A stretch of 64,000 bases of DNA from positions 86,862,001 to 86,926,000 of the forward strand of contig NC_042997.1 in assembly GCF_006345805.1 (NCBI RefSeq). The letters run 5' to 3'. Of this stretch, positions 28,257 to 41,540 are shown piece by piece. The notes under the pieces were generated by a model that was not told the DNA's origin, ran no database searches, and saw only the letters and a program-made list of their open reading frames with translations. Position numbers and translations under genes: made by a program. Numbering within the stretch: the first letter of the stretch is position 1; each line of letters starts with the position of its first letter. This DNA comes from Octopus sinensis (lineage: Eukaryota).

Positions 28257-28389
28257 ATATATATCTATTATATATATATGCTTATTATATATATGTATGT
28301 AGATATAGTATGTATACACATGTAGGTATCTATATATATTTGTATATGTATTTATGTAATATGTGTATATATATATATATTTATGCATA

Positions 28390-28428
<39 letters not shown>

Positions 28429-28540
28429 GTGTGTGTATTTGTTTATGTATATAATATATATATATGCATTATATGAATGTATTATATATATAGATGTATG
28501 TATGTATGCATATGGATGTATATATATATGTATATATATG

Positions 28541-28631
<91 letters not shown>

Positions 28632-28675
28632 GTACATATATACATATCTATACATATATATATATGTATGTAAGC

Positions 28676-28711
<36 letters not shown>

Positions 28712-28823
28712 ATGTATATTGATGCCTGTAGGTATATAGATGTATGTAATATATATGTATGTATTTATATATACAAAAGTTATATATATATAATATATAT
28801 ATAAATGCATTATATATATATGC

Positions 28824-28884
<61 letters not shown>

Positions 28885-28950
28885 AAATGCATGTATATAT
28901 ATGTATGTAAGTATATATGTATTATATATGTATGTATATATTTTTATATG

Positions 28951-28997
<47 letters not shown>

Positions 28998-29201
28998 AAT
29001 TGAGTGTGGAATTGTTTATCAGCCATTTAAAAATACCACACACACACACACAAAGCCCCTGGATTCACTTAAATATTTAAATTTGATTTCTGTCACAATA
29101 TTTTCGTCGCTTTGGAACCGAGACCTGTTCACGGACAACACTTCGTGCTGCAATATATGTACTTGTGTGTGTGTGTGTGTTTGTGTGTGTCTGTGTGTAT
29201 A

Positions 29202-29250
<49 letters not shown>

Positions 29251-29399
29251 GTTCTAAAAACATTTAGTGAAGTAAATGTTATGTAGCAATACCAAATGGC
29301 AATGCCCCAAGGTGGCCACAGCTCGTGAGCTGAAACTAGTTTCATTCAATTCAATGTATGTATGTATGTATGTATTCACAAAACACAAAAGACAAAGAC

Positions 29400-31182
29400 A
29401 GGTGGTGTAGACAACAAACAGATGTATTAGTATAAGGCTTGGGAAATGAAAAAGTCTTTAACGTTTCGAGCCTACGCTCTTCCTCAGAAAGGAACACAGA
29501 AAGAAGCAAGGAGAGAAAATAAAAAATGTGTAGTGGCTAGCGATCTATCATGGTGAATGCCAGACAGAAAGGTCACATAGGATAGCTTGGGGGAAGGGGA
29601 GATAATAAAGTAGTGGTGATCCCATAAGGAAGGTGCGCGTGCGTATGTATAAGAGAGTTTCTATGTGCGTGTGGATGAGGGCTGATGATCTTGATGTGTG
29701 TGTATGTGTAGATGTGAAAATGGGGGTCTGGGAAGTGGTCAGTGCTGGTGTGTGCGTGGTGGTGTGTTGTGTGGTATGGTGGTGTAGTGGTGTGTGGTGT
29801 GGTGTGATGGTGTTGGGAGGTGGGGGAGGCGAGAGTGAGGAAAGCAAGGGTGATGTGTGGGTTAGGCTGAGAGTGGGGATAGAGGTGGGGTATGTGGGCA
29901 GACGGAGGGTAGGGGTAGAGGTGGAGTATGTGGGAGTGGGCGTAAGGGATGGGGAAGGATAGGGAAGGTGAGGTGTAAATGTCTGGGGGGGGGGTGGGCT
30001 TTCGAGGGAGGGGTGACGATGAAGAGGGGGAAGGAGAAGGTGGGTAGGAGTGAATAGAAGAGAGAAGGAGAGTAGGAGTGAAGAGAAGAAGTAGGAGTCG
30101 GAGCAAGAGAGGAGAGGTGGGTGGGAGGAAGTAGGTGTGAGGGGAAGAGAGGCCAGGGGATGAGGTTAGATGAAGAGGGGAGGAGACTTGAGCCCATGTG
30201 GCACAAAGAAGCGAAGAGAGAAAATTATTCTCTGTTCACGGCGCAAACGGGAGTCCGGATGTCTCCTGTACAAGGACAATCCAAACATGGACAGGTGTTG
30301 CAAAGGGTGACCGATAGAGCGGAAATGGCGCGAGACCGGGGTGTCATAGCCGAGTCGGATGTCTCGGATGTGTTCCGCGAACTGGTCAGCCAAGAGAAGG
30401 GCAGAGAGAGCAGGAGATGCAGTAGATGATATTGGTAGAAGTGAAAGTGAAGGAGTCAATGATGTGATAGGGTCGATGAAGGGTGCCAGTGAAGAGGGTG
30501 GTGTTGGAGAGGTAAGGGCAAGTGCGGCAGCGTGAGCGGGAGCAGGGGAACGAGCCGAGTTGGGAGGTTGGGTTAGAGAAGAAGCTGTGAACCAAGAGGT
30601 TTTGTAGGTTATGGGAGGGGTCGGTTAACGAAGATGTGCGAAGTGGAGGGGTCGGACTGGAGTCGCCGGAAGGCTCGGAGAATGGTGTGTTGGAGAGGTA
30701 GGTTTGGGGAAATGGGACCGGAAGACGGCGGGGCGTGTTCGGGGGGAGAGAGCAGATGCACGGTCCACGGAATGTGCTCTGGCAAGGGCGGTGGGGATAG
30801 TGGTGAGGGATATCCACGTAGGATGAAGTGGCGAACTATGAGTTGAGACTGAGTCTCAAAGTCATGGTCGTCACTACAGAACCTGCGTAGACGGAGGAAT
30901 TGAGAATAGGGGATGGCAAGATTAATGTGTTTAGGGTGGGAGGAGGTGAATTTGAGGTATGAGTGTGAGTCTGTGTGTTTGTAGTGGATGGAGGTGGTGA
31001 GAGTGGAGTGATGAATGCTGACCGAAACGTCAAGAAAGGAGACAGAGGTGTCTGAGATAGTGCAGGAGAAGTGGAGGACTGGATGGAAAGATTTGACAAA
31101 AGAGAGGAAGGAGTCTAGATGTTCGCGGGAGAGTGAGGTCGCACGAATACAGTCGTCAATATAACGACCGTATATAATATAC

Positions 31183-31184
<2 letters not shown>
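29400..31184 (-). mobile_element. 5'-truncated Penelope-like retroelement (Neptune/Poseidon-type): RT C-terminus, CxxxRCxTC linker, GIY-YIG, pyrimidine-rich 3' region and pLTR
   Basis: ORFs contain GRYIDDC...VSFLDVSV...YKHTDSHSYL...SSHP...IPYSQFLRLRRFCS, then CSRSRCRTCPYL...NIIYCISCSLC, then FAEHIRDI...PVSRHF...REQRIIFSL...PHGL. The element is frameshifted and truncated against (AT)n at 31184. Confidence 0.92.
29456..29491 (-). ncRNA. Minimal type I hammerhead ribozyme in the pLTR of the Penelope-like element
   Basis: Minus strand: CTTT-CTGAGGA-A-GAGC-GTAG-GCTC-GAAAC-GTT|AAAG. Helix III is reduced to the palindrome AACGTT; stem I is CTTT/AAAG. Confidence 0.7.
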
Positions 31185-31266
<82 letters not shown>

Positions 31267-31286
31267 TATATATAATATATTATATC

Positions 31287-31319
<33 letters not shown>

Positions 31320-31511
31320 ATATATATATAATTACAGACATGGACAAGTGAAACACTTCGAAGCCCTCAGTCATCAGTCATATCAGCATAATCTTGATAT
31401 ATGTATATACCTACATACATATATCATATATATATACATACATATATATGTGTGTGTGTATGTATGTTGTATGTATGTAGTGTATGTATGTATGTATGTA
31501 TGTATGTATAT

Positions 31512-32180
31512 GTAGTCGGTTGTTTTACATGAAATGTCGCATTTTTAATTACTTCTTATTTCAGTAATTTAAAACTCAATTATGTATACCTTGCATTTAC
31601 GCTTGACTCGTTTTCTTTCCCAACACTATGGCTATACAAAATTCGTACCCATTGACCTTATGAAAATCGTAACAACCAAACTATGTTGAGTGACTTTCTC
31701 GTATGAGGACAAACTAGGTTACTCTGCCGCAGAATCTCTAAGGAATATCATCAGAACTGTTCAGAGATGAATCCAAAGCCCTCGTTCAGGAGTTGATAGT
31801 CTTGAAAATAAACCAAGGGGTAAGCCAAAATCAGTTATTCGGCATGAAGGATGAAATGCTTTGGTTGAAAAATGTCCGAGAACAGAGGTTCGAAAACTTT
31901 TATCAGAACTCCAAATATCTCGCACAAATGTTTTCGGACACCTGTAAAGAATTGGAAAAGTCAAGAAAATAGGTTTGTCCCACATCAACTGAATGAGATT
32001 AAAAAAATTAGACTCCTCGAAGTGTACTCCCTATTGCTTTCTCGACTGGATGAAAACCATTTTTGTACCAAATCATTACTTGTGATGAGAAATGGATACT
32101 CTTTTGACAACAGCAGGAGAACGGGGCAATGATAAAATGCAGGAGAGCCACCTAAACACTACCTAAACCCACCATTGCAT
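31512..32180 (+). mobile_element. mariner transposon 5' half, degenerate
   Basis: TIR-like GGTTGTTTTACATGAAATGTCGC. Degenerate translation includes SLENKPRGKP, RIGKVKKI..FVPHQLNE and DNSRRTGQW..GEPPK...PPLH. Confidence 0.75.
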
Positions 32181-32249
32181 CGATTTTGACTGCGACCATG
32201 CTGGAGCATCGCCTTTAGTCGAACAAATCGACCCCAGAACTTATTATTC

Positions 32250-33084
32250 GAAATTTCTGCATCATTTGGTCCAGTTGACTGCAGTATACTTCGGCCGTGA
32301 TTGATGACCCAACTTTAATGAAATCATAATGGATCACACTTGCGCCAGACCACCAAACACACACCATCAGCTTCTTTTGATGAATTTTGCTTTTTGGACT
32401 GCGTTTTGGTGGCTCGTCTTTGTCCAACCATTGTGCTGAACGTTTACGGTTGTTGTTGGATCCATTTTTCACCACATGTTACAATTCGATTTAAAAATGA
32501 TTCATTTTGTGACGAGAAAGTAGCATAATGCAGGCTTCCAAACGTTGCTGCTTCTGATTTTCATTGAGTTCATGTGGAACCCACTTATCCAACTTTTTCA
32601 CTTTACCGATTTGAACTAGGTGAGTCAATACAGTTTGCTTCCTAACACCAAACAACAACGATAATTCACGGGCACTTTGAGATGGATCTGACTCGGCGGT
32701 GGTTTTCAGTTCGTCATTATCCTCCTTTGCTTCTGGTCGACCGCATTACTCACTTGTGAGGTCAAAGTTACCAGAACGAAATTTTGCGAACCAATTTGAT
32801 ACATTAGAATGAAATACTCCATTAATATTCTGAGCTGTTTGTGATGCTGTATTTCCAAGAAAGAACTCATATTTCAAAACTGTACGAACTTCCGACTTAT
32901 CCATCTCGAAGCAAAAATAACAAAAAACGAATTATAAATACTTTAAAAAGCGCAAAATGAGTTAGAATAAAGAAATAGATGTGTCAGCTTTCTAACCCAA
33001 AATATTGTCAAAATATAATAATGGCCCAATGAACAGCTGTCAAAGTTCACTATATACCTTACTACAATTTTCATACTTGACGAC

Positions 33085-33088
<4 letters not shown>
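32250..33088 (-). mobile_element. mariner transposon 5' half (Hsmar1/SETMAR-like transposase pseudogene)
   Basis: TA|TTAGGTCGTC TIR at 33088; ATG at 32904. Translation: MDKSEVRTVLKYEF...WFAKFRSGNFDL...GKVKKLDKWVPHELNE...RIVTCGEKWI...RKRSAQWLDKDEPPK..PKSKIHQKKLMVCVWWS. Confidence 0.92.
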
Positions 33089-33170
<82 letters not shown>

Positions 33171-33357
33171 CCAGGTTGAATCAATGTTTATTCGGGCGTT
33201 CACTGGGCATATTTGGCAACTTGTATCTTCATGTCATATTAATTTGATACAATTTGTCGTCCAGTCGTTGCTGTCTTATATATTCTCGTATGTATGTATG
33301 TATGTATGTATGTATTTATGAATGTACGTAATACATAAAAACACACATACCTAAATG

Positions 33358-33409
<52 letters not shown>

Positions 33410-33477
33410 CATACACATATACTTACGTGCATACATACATACATACATACATACATACATAAATACATACATATATA

Positions 33478-33605
33478 CAGTAGAACCTCGGTTTTCGAAC
33501 AATTCGGATCATAAATAAATCGTACTTTATCTCCTGTCTTTCTCGTATTCATTTAATACAGTGGTACCTCAGTTTTCGAACGCCTCTGATCATGAATAAA
33601 TCATG

Positions 33606-33671
<66 letters not shown>

Positions 33672-33732
33672 GTTGTGTGTGTGTGTATATATAATATATA
33701 TATATATATATATTATATATACACACACACAC

Positions 33733-33766
<34 letters not shown>

Positions 33767-33842
33767 ATATATATTCTATATATATATCGCATAAGCACAA
33801 CTTATTCGCGATCAGAGTTGTTCGAAAACCGAGGTACCACTG
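33478..33842. mobile_element. pogo/Tigger-like MITE (33559-33842) with TA target duplication, plus an extra left-end copy at 33478
   Basis: TA|CAGTGGTACCTCAGTTTTCGAAC ... GTTCGAAAACCGAGGTACCACTG|TA. A second TA|CAGTAGAACCTCGGTTTTCGAAC lies 81 bp upstream. Confidence 0.85.
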
Positions 33843-34708
33843 TACATATATATATATATACATATATATTTACATACATACATACATACACACACACATA
33901 TATATGTATTCACATACGTATCTGTTGTGTACTATTAGACGTACAAGCACTACTGTGTGAGTTAGAGCTTGACATAGTTTATCATTATCTAGTTGACTTT
34001 TAGTATAGTGTTACTAGATATGATATAAAGAGTATACATTATTATAATTCAGATAAACACCAGTATAAGTATTTAGTTCCTACGCAGGAACCTCGGTAGT
34101 TAAAAGTAACTCAACATCGGATGTTCCAAGTACATTTGAATACCTAACTGCAATGGATCATCAGGGGAATACACAAGACTTTAGTTGGCCCGAGGCTACA
34201 ACAGAAGACGCTTGCTCAAGGTGTTATGCTGTTGGACTGACCCCCGACCATGTGGTTGAGAAGCAAACTTCTTACCGCACAGCTACACCTATATATAATA
34301 TATATATAGAGGGCGTCGCAGAATTAATTATCTATTTCAATGAAATCGGGAAAATTTTTAAAAGCCAACTGAAATTCATGTTTATCACTTAATTATGATA
34401 CCATAACAAATAAATTTATAAATACCACCTCAAAACTTTATTGAAAATTTTCAACATGTGCTCCGTCTGTATCCCTGCAAATTTTAAATCTATTCTTAGT
34501 GTTGTGAAACACATTTTGAATCACGCGTTATTTCACGCACTGCTAGCTGAATGCATTCTTTAAGTTCAGCTAAACTATTGCTCCGTTCCTGGGATGGAGG
34601 GAAAAAATTGATTGCAGCCAAGTTGAAAAAAAAAGCTGTTGTGGACAGATAAGCAGAGTCTCACAGGAATGAAAATAAAATTATAAAAAGAAATATAAAA
34701 ATTATAAA

Positions 34709-35228
34709 CAGGAGTGGCTGTGTGGTAAGTAGCTTCCTTCCCAACCACATGTTTCTGGGTTCAGCTGCGTGGCAGCTTGGGCAAGTGTCTTCTACTATAG
34801 CTTCGGGCCGACCAAAGCCTTGTGAGTGGATTTGGTAGACAGAAAGCGAAGGAAACTCGTCGTATATATATATATATATATATACCTGAATATATATATA
34901 TATACAGAATGCAGCAATGGGCAAAATACCGCTAAGCATTTTGTCCAGCATGCTAACGATTCTGCCAGCTTGGTGAATAATTTATTTATTTATATATGTG
35001 TGTGCGTGTGTGTGTGTGCGTGTGTGTCTGTATGTTTGTGTGTCCGTGTTTGTCCCCCAACCATCGCTTGACAACCGATGCTGGTGTGTTTACGTCCCCA
35101 TAACTTAGCGGTTCGGCAAAAGAGACCGATAGAAAAATACTAGGCTTACAAAGAGTAAGTCCTGGGGTTGATTTGTTCGACTAAAGGCGGTACTCCAGCA
35201 TGGCCGCAGTCAAATGACTGAAACAGGT
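34709..35228 (+). mobile_element. SINE family A full copy containing a minus-strand family B head fragment (~34905-34975)
   Basis: Head, body and tail as at 7089. Internal CCGCTAAGCATTTTGTCCAGCATGCTAACGATTCTGCCAGCT. Confidence 0.85.
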
Positions 35229-36932
35229 AAAAAAAAAAATTTCAATTTATACTTTTAACACATATCGGTTTCAAATGTTGGCATAAGCCCACCAATTTCG
35301 GCGGGTGGGGAAATGTCGATTACATCGACCCCAGTTCTCATCTGGTATTTTATCGACCTCGATAGGATGAAAGATAAAACCAGCTTCAGCAGAATTTGAA
35401 CTCAGAACGCCAAGACGGGCAAAAAGTCGCTAAGCATTTTGCCCGGTCTGCTAACGGTTCTGTCAGCTCACCACCTTAATACGTTTAACACATATTAAAC
35501 ATGATATACATAAATAGAATTGAGTTTTTTTTTAAATTGCCCGAATTCACTGAAATAGTTAATTCCGGGTCACCATGTATTTGTGTTCCGTAAAGAATGG
35601 GTTAATTAACATTTAAAGGAGTTGTCTCCGGAAGAAGGTTGCTTCCAGACACATCCAATGAACCCAGGGTAGATGCGGCCCTTCAGCCCCTTAGCTGCTC
35701 ATCTAAGTCCGGCATTCTGATAACTATTGGGCTTGTGGCACTTGTTGCACCAAACCAACACATAGCAAACGTGGGTCTCCATGATCGAACTGAATGACGA
35801 TCAAAGACACTCCAACTGTGACAACCTCACGTTTTTGTTTATCTATTACAACATTATTTAATGTGCCCTTCCTTTTTAAGACATCAGTGCTTTTGGAGTA
35901 GAAATTTCATAAAAAGATTCAGACTGAATGAAACATGTTATTAATGTTAATCAAAGTCCATCACATTTCCTTAAACAATTAGTATTCGATGTCACGTGAG
36001 GAATACGTCATCAGTTCAATTTTCTGTGGAAGGAAGTCATCTCGTCAAGGTCGACTCTGCTTTTCAACTGTTTGTAATTGAAAGAATTAATTGCCGTAAT
36101 CTATATACCTCGTCCACATAAATTTGTAGCCTTGCGACAAGTGGAATAAATCCTCCTCCTCCTCCTCCTCCTCGTCATCATAACTATCGCCATCGTCCAC
36201 CACCGCAACAAGCCCCATCTCCCCCTCCTCCACATCATCATCATCAGTAGCAGCAGCATTACCACCTTCATCATCATCATCATCATAGTCGTCGTCGTCA
36301 ACATCACCATTGTCACCATCACAACCAGAACCACCACCATCATCATCAACAACAACAATGTCCTTATAATCATCATTATTTCTGGATAGCAATCGCAGGG
36401 AATTTGCAGAAACGGTAGAGCACCAGACAAAACCACCTGCATCATTTTACGTCAGTCGTTCAAAGTTATCCTATCAACTTTTACTTCATGCTTGTGTCAG
36501 CAAACTAAAGTACCAATCATGTACTGGCCGGTCTAATAGACGCTTTGTGTCTATGTTAGAAACATGATTGGCTGAATGGTTAGAGTGTGCTTTATGGTAT
36601 TTATTTCGGCTATTTATGCTTTGAGTTCGAATCTCACTGATTGTAACTTTGTCTTTAATTCCCTTGCGAGGCAGAAGAAGTTGATAAATTATAGTATTTG
36701 TCAAGAACTTGGGTCGATTAATCGACTAACGTCCTCCCACAAAACTGCTGGCCTTCGTGTCTATATTAGAAACTATTAAAAGGATAGTGGATTGGCAGAA
36801 TTGTTAGACAGTGACAAGGTTTCTGCATCGAGATATGTTTCTCACATTCATCAAAGGAAGGGTTACCTGAATTCGGTTATATTCACCAAACTTTTTTGTA
36901 CATTTACAACATACAAACTCCTAGCGCGCGCA

Positions 36933-37032
<100 letters not shown>

Positions 37033-38372
37033 TCCGTAACTGCTGTACATGTTTTACATATTATAACTTTAAAATGCAATCACTTCTGATGTCGAGCAAA
37101 AACCAGTCCGCAATATCTATTACATGTATCTACCATTGTTTTCCCTCCAAATATCATTATAATGAAATTTAATCCCCAGCATGTTCCACATTGATCTCAA
37201 AAGCTGAAGGAAGCTCATAAAGCTTGGGTATTTACTTCTGTTTCCCAAATTCTAAAATAAAGAATCTACCACGTATCTTATCTTCCTACCTACTCTCTAT
37301 CTCCCTGCTCTTTCTCTTTCAAAGTGGACGACTATGCAATTAGCAATTTGCGTAGTTTGAAAGCAGACAACATTGCAACAACGTCATACGATGAATTTTT
37401 GGCCAAATCCCAAACGGAGTCACTCAGTACATACAAATTTATAAACTATTATCACTGCCGATTAATCCACTAATTCTAGTACTATTTCTCCTGTTAAACT
37501 AACTTTTTCTATATTTTTTCCCGTTAATATTATCAAAAATATACAGCGTGGTGGATGGTGGATTTAAAATGTAGACCGATGAATTTAAAATGTAGTACTT
37601 TACATTCTGAGTTAAAATCCCACAGTTTTCGACTTTGCTTTCGTTGTCTCAACTTCGATAGAGTACCTGAAATAAACTAAGGTTTATTATCTTACCCCCA
37701 GAATAATTTCTTAGATCTTGTGCAGGCACAAAATTTTCAAATAACGAAAAGGTCCTTTCCGTTCCTATAATTTTCGCTTCATTTCTGAAGGATTGATTGA
37801 TCTTATAATTTCATGAAAAAAAAAAAAAAGAAAAAAATCTGTACAATAATATTATTGCATACAGAGTTAAATACAAGTTTTAAGAGCTTTAGTGAGATAC
37901 CTATAGTTGTGTATTTTGTAGAATACAGATTAGCAGCGTTTGTCAACCAAAAGGGCAACTATGTGCAGCAGTTTCAATTTTTTCTTCCCTTTCTTCATTA
38001 AAGTACACTAGTGCATATCCCATCGTTTTATGCTTGAATAGGGAGCACTTCGCTTCATTAAAATATAAGTGTACATGCAAGGAAAAATCAAATAAAAATG
38101 GCAAAACAATATTGAAATAAAAAAAATTTAATCATCAAAATATATATCAGTTTTTAATAGCTTTTATGCATATACACAGCATAACAAACATCAATTTGCA
38201 AACTGTAAGCCTCTTTATCACTGTTGCATTGCCTACTTCCACAGAGCACATTGCCATTATACTGTTGACTCTTATATTACGCATAAAGTAATTTGTTTCT
38301 TTGCGCATGACTCTATTCTACCCGCTACGTTTTATTACTGTATCTATTTCGAGTGCCACCATTAAGACTATA

Positions 38373-38421
<49 letters not shown>

Positions 38422-38737
38422 TATATATATGAATAGATAAATAGATAGATAGATAGATAGATAGATATCAAGTTGCTATTTCGAATAAGATATTGTAACA
38501 GTAAATCTTTGCGAGTGAAACGCATGTAAAAATTATGCAATTTATGATATAATAATAATAAATAGTTTTATCCCCCCACCTCCAGTTTAATCGGATCTTG
38601 GATGTGTAAAGATGTGTGTGTGTATGTGCGTGTAGGCGCAGGCATAGTTGTGTGGCTAAAAGTTTGCTTTCCAATCACATAGTTCTGGGTTCAGTCCCAT
38701 TGTGCGGCAACTTAAGCAAGTGACACAATTCAAGTGA

Positions 38738-38815
38738 CACGGTCATATGGCGTAGTGGTTAAGAGCGCAGGCTACTAACCCTAAGATTCCGAGTTCGATT
38801 CCAAGCAATGAACTA

Positions 38816-38860
<45 letters not shown>
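38738..38860 (+). mobile_element. Short tRNA-derived SINE with (AAT)n tail
   Basis: A box TGGCGTAGTGG and B box GAGTTCGATTCC, followed directly by (AAT)n; the acceptor stem does not close. Confidence 0.7.
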
Positions 38861-39236
38861 TACAAAACAATGAAGAAATAACAAAGAAGCAGATAAAAGA
38901 AGTGCAGTAGTGTTAATGGACACATTTTTCTACAAAAATCTAGTAGTATCCATACTTAATGATGAACACTACGAAAAAAGTCAATAATTCGAATTGATTT
39001 CATATTCGGTGTATTGATGTAGTTTTATATGCTAATCAATGCCATGAAATTCATTTTCGCAGTAAATCAATAAATATAGAGTTAATAGCTCTGGAAAAAG
39101 TGAAATATTTCGTGAGATTCAGCTTGGAAAACTACATTAATACACCACATTTCAAAATTTCCACAACTGCAGGCAAACAGAAAAGATTCCGTATGGATGT
39201 GCCCCTGCATGGCCACAGTCTAATGACTGAAGCAAG

Positions 39237-39278
<42 letters not shown>

Positions 39279-39430
39279 TATATATAGAAAAAAACACCTT
39301 TTTTCAATTCAACGATGAAATAATTAAATTAAACCATATAGAAAAAAATTAAATATAAGATTAAAAAAATATACATCAATGATTAAGTAATGTACAAAAT
39401 AATAACTAAAAAGTATATAATTGGTAAAAT

Positions 39431-39511
39431 GACTACACGTGTTTCGTGGCTATGTTTAAAAACTTATAACAGTAAAATCAATTCAATTTAAATATAGCCA
39501 CTCTTTAGGTC
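39431..39511 (-). ncRNA. Type I hammerhead motif with core mutation G5 to A (probably inactive)
   Basis: Minus strand: GAC-CTAAAGA-GTGGCTAT...ATAGCCAC-GAAAC-ACGT-GTA|GTC. Stem II is a perfect 8 bp and helix III is the palindrome CACGTG. Confidence 0.6.
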
Positions 39512-39735
39512 CAAAATAAAAACAATAAAATAATTAAATAAATGAATATACGTATATGATCATGTAAATCACGAATATCTTAACAAATATATTCTGGTGT
39601 AAATAAAACTAGAATAAATAGGTATAAATATTTATTATATCTATGAAAATATATTTTAAAATATATACGAAAAGAATAACAAACTATAACATATCATTAC
39701 TAGAAAATTAAAATACAAATAATTAAAATATTTAA

Positions 39736-39780
<45 letters not shown>

Positions 39781-39799
39781 TTATATATCACCATATATA

Positions 39800-40132
39800 T
39801 CACCAGATATGAACCCTATTGAACACCTCTGGGGCATAATGGACAGGGCACTTCATAAAAAGAACAAGAAAGCACCTTCAAAGCCAGATGTTTTGAGATT
39901 ATTGCATGAAACTTGGCTAGAAATTCCTCAACAGAATATTCGTCATCTGATCATTAACATGCCTAATGGGCCCCTTGCATTCTACAATGCAAGGGGCATG
40001 TCTACTAAATATTAAATATTCACATTATAACAATTAATAAATAATTTGAGTGTATAATTTTAGATTTAAATAAGTTTTAACGATTATAAAGGTGTCTATT
40101 TACTTCTGTCATGTCTGCGTATATATATGATG
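39800..40132 (+). mobile_element. Tc1-family transposase 3' end and terminal region
   Basis: SPDMNPIEHLW...W.EIP...I..LI..MP...ARGMSTKY* is the canonical Tc1 C-terminus, truncated at an (AT)n array. Confidence 0.85.
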
Positions 40133-40959
40133 GGCTTACGCGCAGTTTCTGTCTACCAAAGGTACCAGGGAGTGGAGGCGAACTCGAAACTACGTGGTTG
40201 CGAAGTCAACTTCTTAAACAGTCGTGCTTATAAGCATATTTTACTCTTGTCATAACAGTGCTTCTTAATCCACGGCGATGCGCGATCATAAATATTCTCA
40301 GCAGTCAAGTGAAAAAAACATTTCAAATGTTATTGCTAACTCATTGACTGTGATGTGTGTAGCTAGAGACGTTATATTAGCTTTTGCTCTAACGTCTGTG
40401 GTAAGCAAAACAGTGATATATGTGTGTGTGTGCATGTGTATTATATATGCATATTCACATACGCGTGCATGTTTGTGCTTATGTGTGTGTCTGTGCGGTG
40501 TATGTGCATGTGTATGTGTGTGCGAGCGTCATGGTCATTATTATTATTACCTAGAAGGAGCTGCTGTAAGTCACTCGATCTGCTAAAGATAGTAGCTAAA
40601 TCTCTCCCTGTCTCTCTCTCTCTCTCTCTCATCCCATCTCTACTTTACTACATTTTAAAAAGAACACATTGCATAATGTACTCCCGGATACACAATGCTG
40701 AAAAATAAATAAATAAAGATGTGATGGTCATAGCTGGAACAACAAATAAATGCTGTATTTTGTTGAGAAAAGAGATGACGTTACTAGATTAGTAATATCA
40801 CGGTTATTCATGTTGTGGAGTCGGTTTAGAGCCCATACTGTTTATCCTGTTCGAGTAGATCTGTGACAAAAGATAATCAAACCGTGACCATCAAGACATA
40901 GTATATAACAAAATATTTTATCAGGTGTATCTTGGACTCTGTCTTCTCTATTATCAAAT

Positions 40960-41360
40960 CTTTTACTTGTTTCAGTCATTAGACTGCGGTCATGTTGGGG
41001 TACCGCCTTCAAGAATTTTGGGTCGAATGAATTGACCCCAGTACTTATTTTTAAAGCCTGGTACTTATTATATCGATCTCTTTTCCCGAACCGCTAAGTT
41101 ACTGGGACGTAAACACACTAACACCAGTTGTCAAGCGGTGGTGAGGAAATTAACACAGACACAGATACATACACAGACATAAATACATACATATATACGA
41201 CAAGCTTCTTTTCAGTTTCCATCTACCAAATCCACTCACAAAGCTCTGGTCGGCCCGAGGATATAGTAGAAGACACTTGCCCAAGGTACCGCGCAGTGGG
41301 ACTGAACCGGCAATCATGTGGTTGGAAAGCAGGCTTCTTACTACACAGCTACTCCTGCAC
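40960..41360 (-). mobile_element. SINE family A full copy
   Basis: Reverse complement of the head, body and tail. Confidence 0.85.
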
Positions 41361-41540
41361 CTATTAGTCAAATGTTTTATTCCTCTTTTTTCTGATATGG
41401 CAAATGTGACTTGAGGGAGATTTGGTTGCTAATTCGTTGGCTAGTCTACGTTATAGTCATCGCTTTTCCTGGCTAGAAAAGGCAGCCAAATCTCCCCACC
41501 GCCAAGAAAATGGATGACTCGTTGAACAGTGTAATTCTAG

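Noticed and set aside
31340-31380. CTGATGA-containing Penelope-like terminus; similar weak cases near 3630, 10160 and 50050-50100
   Set aside because: Core too degenerate (no proper GAAA or stems) to call a ribozyme.
35980-36014. Minus-strand CTGATGA followed by a GTATTC/GAATAC stem
   Set aside because: No GAAA or GUH half, so not a hammerhead.
38738-38815. tRNA gene candidate
   Set aside because: No closing acceptor stem, an atypical ACT anticodon position and an immediate (AAT)n tail: a SINE.
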